This document shows positions 58,848-64,000 of a DNA stretch of 64,000 nt, in pieces (the stretch's first letter is position 1; each line of letters begins with the position of its first letter). Source of the DNA: Candidatus Binatia bacterium (GTDB taxonomy: Bacteria > Desulfobacterota > Binatia > HRBIN30). The position numbers and the translations under genes were made by a program. The DNA lies in assembly GCA_038245295.1 (NCBI GenBank), contig JBBRSP010000020.1, forward strand, positions 35,765-99,764, given 5' to 3'. The notes beneath the pieces were generated by a model. That model did not search any database. It had not been told where the DNA came from and saw only the letters and a program-made list of their open reading frames with translations.

Positions 58848-60086
58848 ATGGCTTTCCAGTTTCCCGAGGGGTTCGTCTGGGGCACCGCCACGGCGGCGCA
58901 TCAGGTTGAGGGCAACAACGTCAATTCCGATTTCTGGCTGCTCGAGAACACGCCGGAGACGCTGTTCGCCGAGCCGTCCGGCGACGCATGCGATCACTAT
59001 CATCGCTATTCGCAAGACATCGGCTTGCTGAAGCAGCTCGGCTTCGGCTCGTATCGCTTCTCGATCGAGTGGGCCCGCATCGAGCCCGAAGAGGGCAAGT
59101 TCTCGTTGGCAGCCCTTGATCACTACCGGCGCATGCTGGCGGCGTGTCACGAGCATGGCATCATTCCCAACGTCACCTTCCACCATTTCACGTCGCCGGT
59201 GTGGCTGACGCGAGATGGGGGGTGGGAAGATCCCAAGGTCGTCGACCGCTTCGCGCGTTATTGCGAACGGGCCGTGTCGCACCTGGGTGATCTCATCGGC
59301 ATGAGCGGCACGATCAATGAAGCGAACCTCATGGGCTTCCTGGCGATGACACGCGTCATCCCCCGCGAAGGCATCAAGGGCCGCGCGCCGTTCTGTGCCG
59401 AGGCGGCGCGGCGTTGCGGGACGACGGTGGATCGGTTCGGTCCGTTCTTCCTCGGTGAGCCGATGCGTATCCGCGACAACATGTTGGCGTCGCACATCAA
59501 GGCGCGCGACATCATTAAAGGTGGGCGCGGCAACTTCCCGGTCGGCATCACGCTATCGATCACCGATTACCAGGCGGTGGCCGGCGGCGAGAAGGAACGC
59601 GATGAAGCCAACCGCGAGAGCTTCGATATGTTCCTTGAGGCGGCGCGCCAGGACGACTTTGTCGGGGTGCAGACCTACAGCCGCACGCGCTTCGACAAGG
59701 ATGGACCGATCGGCCCGGAAGCCGGCGTCGAAGTCCTCATCATGGGCTACGAGTTCTGGCCCGAGGCGCTCGGCGCCACCATTCGTTACGCCCACAAAAA
59801 AGCCGGCGTGCCGATCTACGTGACGGAGAATGGCATTGGCACGACCAACGACGAGCAGCGCATTGCCTATGTCAAGGGCGCGCTGGCTTCGGTGATCCAG
59901 TGCATGAAGGATGGCATCGACGTGCGCGGCTACTACTACTGGTCGCTGCTCGACAACTTCGAGTGGCTGTTCGGCTACGGACCACAGTTCGGCATCATCG
60001 GTGTTGATCGACAGACCCAGCTGCGCACCCCTAAGCCGAGCGCCTACTGGCTGGGCGAGATCGCGCGCAACAATGCCATAGCTTGA
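58848..60086 (+). CDS. Glycoside hydrolase family 1 (beta-glucosidase-like)
   Basis: FVWGTATAAHQVEG, YRFSIEWARI, TINE, VTENG, WSLLDNFEW. Confidence 0.95.
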   Translation: MAFQFPEGFVWGTATAAHQVEGNNVNSDFWLLENTPETLFAEPSGDACDHYHRYSQDIGLLKQLGFGSYRFSIEWARIEPEEGKFSLAALDHYRRMLAACHEHGIIPNVTFHHFTSPVWLTRDGGWEDPKVVDRFARYCERAVSHLGDLIGMSGTINEANLMGFLAMTRVIPREGIKGRAPFCAEAARRCGTTVDRFGPFFLGEPMRIRDNMLASHIKARDIIKGGRGNFPVGITLSITDYQAVAGGEKERDEANRESFDMFLEAARQDDFVGVQTYSRTRFDKDGPIGPEAGVEVLIMGYEFWPEALGATIRYAHKKAGVPIYVTENGIGTTNDEQRIAYVKGALASVIQCMKDGIDVRGYYYWSLLDNFEWLFGYGPQFGIIGVDRQTQLRTPKPSAYWLGEIARNNAIA

Positions 60087-60181
60087 AACCGTGGCAGCCA
60101 GGCGGGCGGCGTTGAGCCGGGCGTGGAAGCGTCGGCGCTTTCGCTCCCCGGCTTTGCCTGCCGCTTGACCAGCCCTACCTC

Positions 60182-60492
60182 CGTCATAGCGGCGGAAGAG
60201 ACTGTCGATTTTCTCTGATTGATCGTTTGAAACTGCCCAAACACCTCCGTCATACCGGCGAAAGCCGGTATCTCCTCGGCATTTGTGACCTTCCACTCGA
60301 GGAGCTCCCGGCCTTCGAGACTGTCGTAAAACCAAAGTGGAGCAACGTCATCCCGGTGAAAACTGGGATCTCCCTCTACTGGAAGCCTCGAAAGCTGGCG
60401 AGATACCGGCTTTCGCCGGTATGACGGATAGGTCTGCTCGGTTTCAAATTTGGTTTCCGAGTAAATCGACAGTCTCTTTCGCCGGGATGACG
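60182..60492. repeat. Two copies of the composite REP-like module in opposite orientations
   Basis: 60182-60304 is the reverse complement of 28407-28521; 60346-60492 is a forward copy. Confidence 0.85.
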
Positions 60493-61442
60493 TTGCTCAC
60501 GAATTGATGGACTCCGCTTACGCCGACCGGTCGTTCGGCACAATCAGCAAAGGCCGGGACCAGCCGATGCGCGAGCGGTAAATTCCATTGGCGGAACGCC
60601 AGGAAGCTCCAGGATTGGCGTAGGACGAGTCCGCGCCGTCGCCAAGGGCGAAAGACCAGGCCTCGACCAAGCCCTCCTCGGTAGCACGCATGCGCCGAAG
60701 CGGGTCGGGATGACAGCCCAGTCGGCAAAGGCACCAGCCCCGCCGCCCGAGCCTACCACGCCCAGCCCGCCATCGAGGTAGCCACGGGATAAAGATCCCA
60801 ACCACGACGGCAGGAAAGACGCCGCCCAGGATATCCTGGGTGGGCGTCTGTGTTTGTGCGGTCGGGGCCAGGATCGCTGCAAGGCATTGTGGCATTGTTG
60901 CAACGCATACAGGCAACGCCGCGTAGAGGGAGAATCGCGAGAATCGCAACCGCGAGCTCCGCGTCCCCTTTTGCCCTCGTCCCTTTGCCCTCCACGGCTG
61001 CTGAGCAAGGGGCTCCGAGTAAGGGCAACGCGCTCGATCTGTTGGATCAAGCCGCTTCCGCAGAGCCCACAGATGCGCGTCACCGAAGGGCCGACGGCTG
61101 CGGGCCTTGGGCTTCCAGTTAGGAGTCGGGGGCAGGGATCAGCGGACGATTCCGAACAGGCGAAGCCGCCGAGCTTGGCTCTGGGATGTTTGGCGGAACT
61201 TAGGAAGGCGAGGGTGAGACCACGCGCCGGACGGCGGTGGCCCAGCCGGTGTTGCGATACATCCGGCGCACAGCGGCGATGCCCGGGCAACGTTTGTAAC
61301 CGAGGCATTTCCCGGGACACCCACCGCCAAACGCATTGGTTTGTGTTGGTTGATGGCGTAGTTGGGCCGACCGCCGCGGAAAAGCGTTGACCTCGGTCCG
61401 GAGTGGATGTCCTCTTCGGTCTTGCCGCAACCGCCGCCCGCG

Positions 61443-61490
61443 CCCGTGCCCCCGCCCCTGCCCGAACGCGGGCAGGGGCGGGGGCACGGG
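61443..61490. repeat. Perfect 22 bp GC-rich hairpin
   Basis: CCCGTGCCCCCGCCCCTGCCCG-AACG-CGGGCAGGGGCGGGGGCACGGG. Confidence 0.8.
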
Positions 61491-61626
61491 AGGTACGCAT
61501 GGATGCAGCGCAGTCATTGCGTCTGCGGCGCCAGCGCGGAATCTGTCGAGCATGTCGCGCGGTGCTCGCTTGTATTCGCATGGTGCGTGCTTGCCAGGTT
61601 CAATGGCCGGCAGTAGTTTGCCGATC

Positions 61627-62376
61627 ATGCGCAGCCCAGCCACACGCCGTCCACCGCCCGACCCGACTATCTATTCGGAGGAGGAGCGCGTGGGCGAGGA
61701 AATGCTCCAGCGGTGGATTATGGAGCTGCTGCGGCCATTGTTGCAGCGCTGTCTCAACAGCCGGCGCAGCCAGGCATTCGTGGGTGCGGATCAGTTCATC
61801 TATTGGCGCCAATACGATTCTCATGCGCGGGTCGCGCCGGACATTTACGTAATCCCCGGCCTCGATCCGCGCACGCGCGTGCGGGCCTGGAAGCTCTGGG
61901 TGGATCAAATCGTGCCGAGCTTCGCCCTGGAGATTGTCTCGCAAGACTGGGAGAAGGACTACTGCGAGGCGCCGAAGCGTTACGACGAGCTGGGCGTGCC
62001 TGAGTTGATGATCTTCGACCCGTCCTACAACGAGCACGATGACGGCGCGCGCTGGCAGGTGTTCCGCCGCATCGGCCGACGCGGCTTGGTGCGGGTCGAA
62101 GCGACGCAGGGCGATCGCGTGCGCTCCAAGGCTCTCGGTTGCTGGCTGCGCAGTATCGGCGACGGGCGTGACACGCGGCTGCGGATCGGCATCGGATCCG
62201 GCGGCGACGATCTGGTACCAACCGCGGAGGAGGAAGAGCGTGCCGCCAAGGAAGCGGAGCGCAGCGCGAAGGAACAGGAGCGCGCCGCTAAGGAAGCGGC
62301 GTTGGAGAGAGTCGCTAGTCTCGAAGCGGAGCTGAAGGCGCTCCGCCGGCCCCCAGGGCAGCGCCGTCCGCGGTGA
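61627..62376 (+). CDS. Uma2 (DUF820) family endonuclease-like protein
   Basis: FIYW, VAPDIYV, PSFALEIVS, YDELGVPELMIFDP, C-terminal ERAAKE coiled coil. Start uncertain. Confidence 0.85.
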   Translation: MRSPATRRPPPDPTIYSEEERVGEEMLQRWIMELLRPLLQRCLNSRRSQAFVGADQFIYWRQYDSHARVAPDIYVIPGLDPRTRVRAWKLWVDQIVPSFALEIVSQDWEKDYCEAPKRYDELGVPELMIFDPSYNEHDDGARWQVFRRIGRRGLVRVEATQGDRVRSKALGCWLRSIGDGRDTRLRIGIGSGGDDLVPTAEEEERAAKEAERSAKEQERAAKEAALERVASLEAELKALRRPPGQRRPR

Positions 62377-62390
62377 CTTGCTCCGCTCCG

Positions 62391-62815
62391 ATGGAGAAAG
62401 ACATCGCCATCCGCCGCGCTCTATGGTGCAGTGTCGCCTTCAACCTGAGCGGCGCGCTGATGGTTCTTTTTCCACAGGGCCCGCTCGGCCGCCTGGTCGG
62501 CATGCCCGTGCCGGTGCCGGCGCTGTACAACTCGACCGTTGCCATGTTCATCGTTCTCTTCGGCTCTGCCTAGTGCAAACCGCCGACCAGCGCGTCATGT
62601 CGGCTGAGGTCTGCGGCCCGGTGATCATTCACATCGACGGCTTCGACGTTGTCTCCGGAGAGGTGATGTTTCTCGACATGGAGTCCGACAGCGATTCTTA
62701 CGAGCCGCTGCTTGGCTACATCGTGCTGGAGCAATCACGCGCCGCCGTCGATCTGGAGCGGCACCGCCTGGTGCCCGTGCGTGCGTTGGATCTCAAGATG
62801 GTCGCGGCCTTGTAG
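62391..62815 (+). pseudogene. Chimeric remnant: truncated membrane protein N-terminus plus aspartyl-protease-like C-terminus
   Basis: Hydrophobic ORF stops at 62573; another frame reads YEPLLGYIVLEQSRAAVD..HRLVPVRALDLK with no DTG-containing N-terminus. Confidence 0.5.
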
Positions 62816-62882
62816 ATTGCAGCCAGGCACATCTCCGCCTGGAGAGCTTGCCTGAGAAAGGTTTGGCAGGTAGGTCCACCCT

Positions 62883-63000
62883 ATGTCGAGTCTCCGTGAA
62901 ATCGAGGCTGCGGTTCGCCGTCTGTCACCAGACGAAGTTGCTGAGTTCTCGGTTTGGTTCGATCGCCTGCGTGCGCATGAGGAGCCGCAAACGGGACGTA
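62883..63000 (+). pseudogene. Small antitoxin-like gene abutting or truncated by the IS
   Basis: MSSLREIEAAVRRLSPDEVAEFSVWF runs into the IS end. Confidence 0.5.
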
Positions 63001-64000
63001 AAGCTTGTGAAAGAATCCCGTTTTGCATCGACCAGGTGCGCGCCAGGCTTGGTTCCCGCACGCTTCTCGATCTGCTCGATCATCGGCGGTGCTTGCCCAC
63101 TATCGTTTCCACTATTCGTGACGCTGACTCCGACAATCACTCCGTTGGCCGCATCGGTGGCAAACTGCACGTTGTAACCTGGAGAGAAGCCACCGTTGGC
63201 CATCCGCATGTTGCGCGCCTCCGGGTCCGTCATTGAGCCGCGCGGTTGGCCCCTTGGCTTGCGCCCACCGGTGTACTTGGTACGCCGGTTCTCTTCGACT
63301 TCCTTGAGCGCCCCCAGCGCTGCCTTGACCCGATCCTCGCGCTCTTGCGCCGCACGCAGGCGTGCGGCTTGAACGCGTGCGCTTACAGCCGGATCATCGG
63401 CTTGCTTCTTGACGGCTTCGACGTGCGCACGCGCCTCCTTCAGATACTCCTTGAGCTTCTTCTTGCGCCGGAACGACCCCGAGCCGGCGCTGGCCCGTAC
63501 ACGCAAGCCGTCCTGGGCTACCCGTTGCAGCGTGATCAGCTTGCCTTCCATCAATACGGCGAGAACCTGTGTCATCAATTCGTCGAGCGCGGTGCCGTGA
63601 TCGACGCGGAAGTCGCTCAAGGTATGGTAGTTCACCGGGACTCCGCCGCAGATCCAACGGTAGGCGCGGTGATCCTTGCACAATCGTTCCACCTCATGCG
63701 CCGAGCCCACGCAATCCATCGTTGCGTACAGCCACAACGTCACGAACACTTTCGGATCCCCCGACGGCCGGCCGGCGACGCCAACCCGTGCCTTGATAGG
63801 CTCGTAGAATGCCGAGAGGTCTAAAGTCTCGACCGCCCGCCACAGTAATCGTGCCCTATGATCTTTTGGAATCGTTGAGTCGAGATCGAAGCTGCGCAGC
63901 TGCAATTGACTCCGATCTGCCTCGACCACCCGCGCTCCGCTCTGCCCCATCCTCGTCACCTCCCGCCACAACCCATCGCGTCACGATGTGTATCGCATGG
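63001..64000 (-). mobile_element. IS1182-family element; transposase (start 63950) lacks its C-terminal part; left end outside window
   Basis: GRP..DP, YRWICGG..VNYHTLSDFR, AQDGLRVRASAG, SMTDPEAR, GYNVQ; breaks at HLVD and is followed by a terminal-IR-like TTCTTTCACAAGCT. Confidence 0.88.

Noticed and set aside
60518..61400. CDS or ncRNA in the gap before the Uma2 gene
   Set aside because: ORFs lack motifs or convincing starts. Possibly decayed gene fragments, but not supportable.

Overview
GC-rich diderm bacterial chromosome segment. Gene content (Thr/Pro-rich surface protein, DUF1329-like remnant, minor pilins, Omp85) suggests a Deltaproteobacteria-like lineage, possibly Ca. Binatia; this is inference. 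From left to right: envelope and housekeeping genes (Omp85, CorC/CNNM, TlpA, lgt); a type IV minor-pilin cassette; mobA; tadA overlapping tRNA-Ser(CGA); tRNA-Leu(TAG); peptidases; a glutaryl-CoA dehydrogenase/LysR pair; sppA. Next is a very GC-rich ~12 kb island with a complete Hyd-2-type [NiFe]-hydrogenase and hyp genes, bracketed by imperfect direct repeats and a deleted duplicate of its left flank. A decayed SdrD-repeat surface protein gene follows. The best candidate for an undescribed system is a seven-gene operon with a Fur-like box (45795-52725, minus strand): diheme cytochrome c-FTR1 fusion, FMN-binding protein, ApbE, a small His-containing membrane protein, porin, Bfd and bacterioferritin. 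It looks like a flavinylation-based redox module coupled to iron import and storage. The right end holds a TMTC-like glycosyltransferase, tandem SDRs, an aldehyde dehydrogenase, a GH1, REP-like repeats, a Uma2 nuclease, gene fragments and an internally deleted IS1182. Many host genes look leaderless. All assignments come from motif recognition by eye; no database searches were run.
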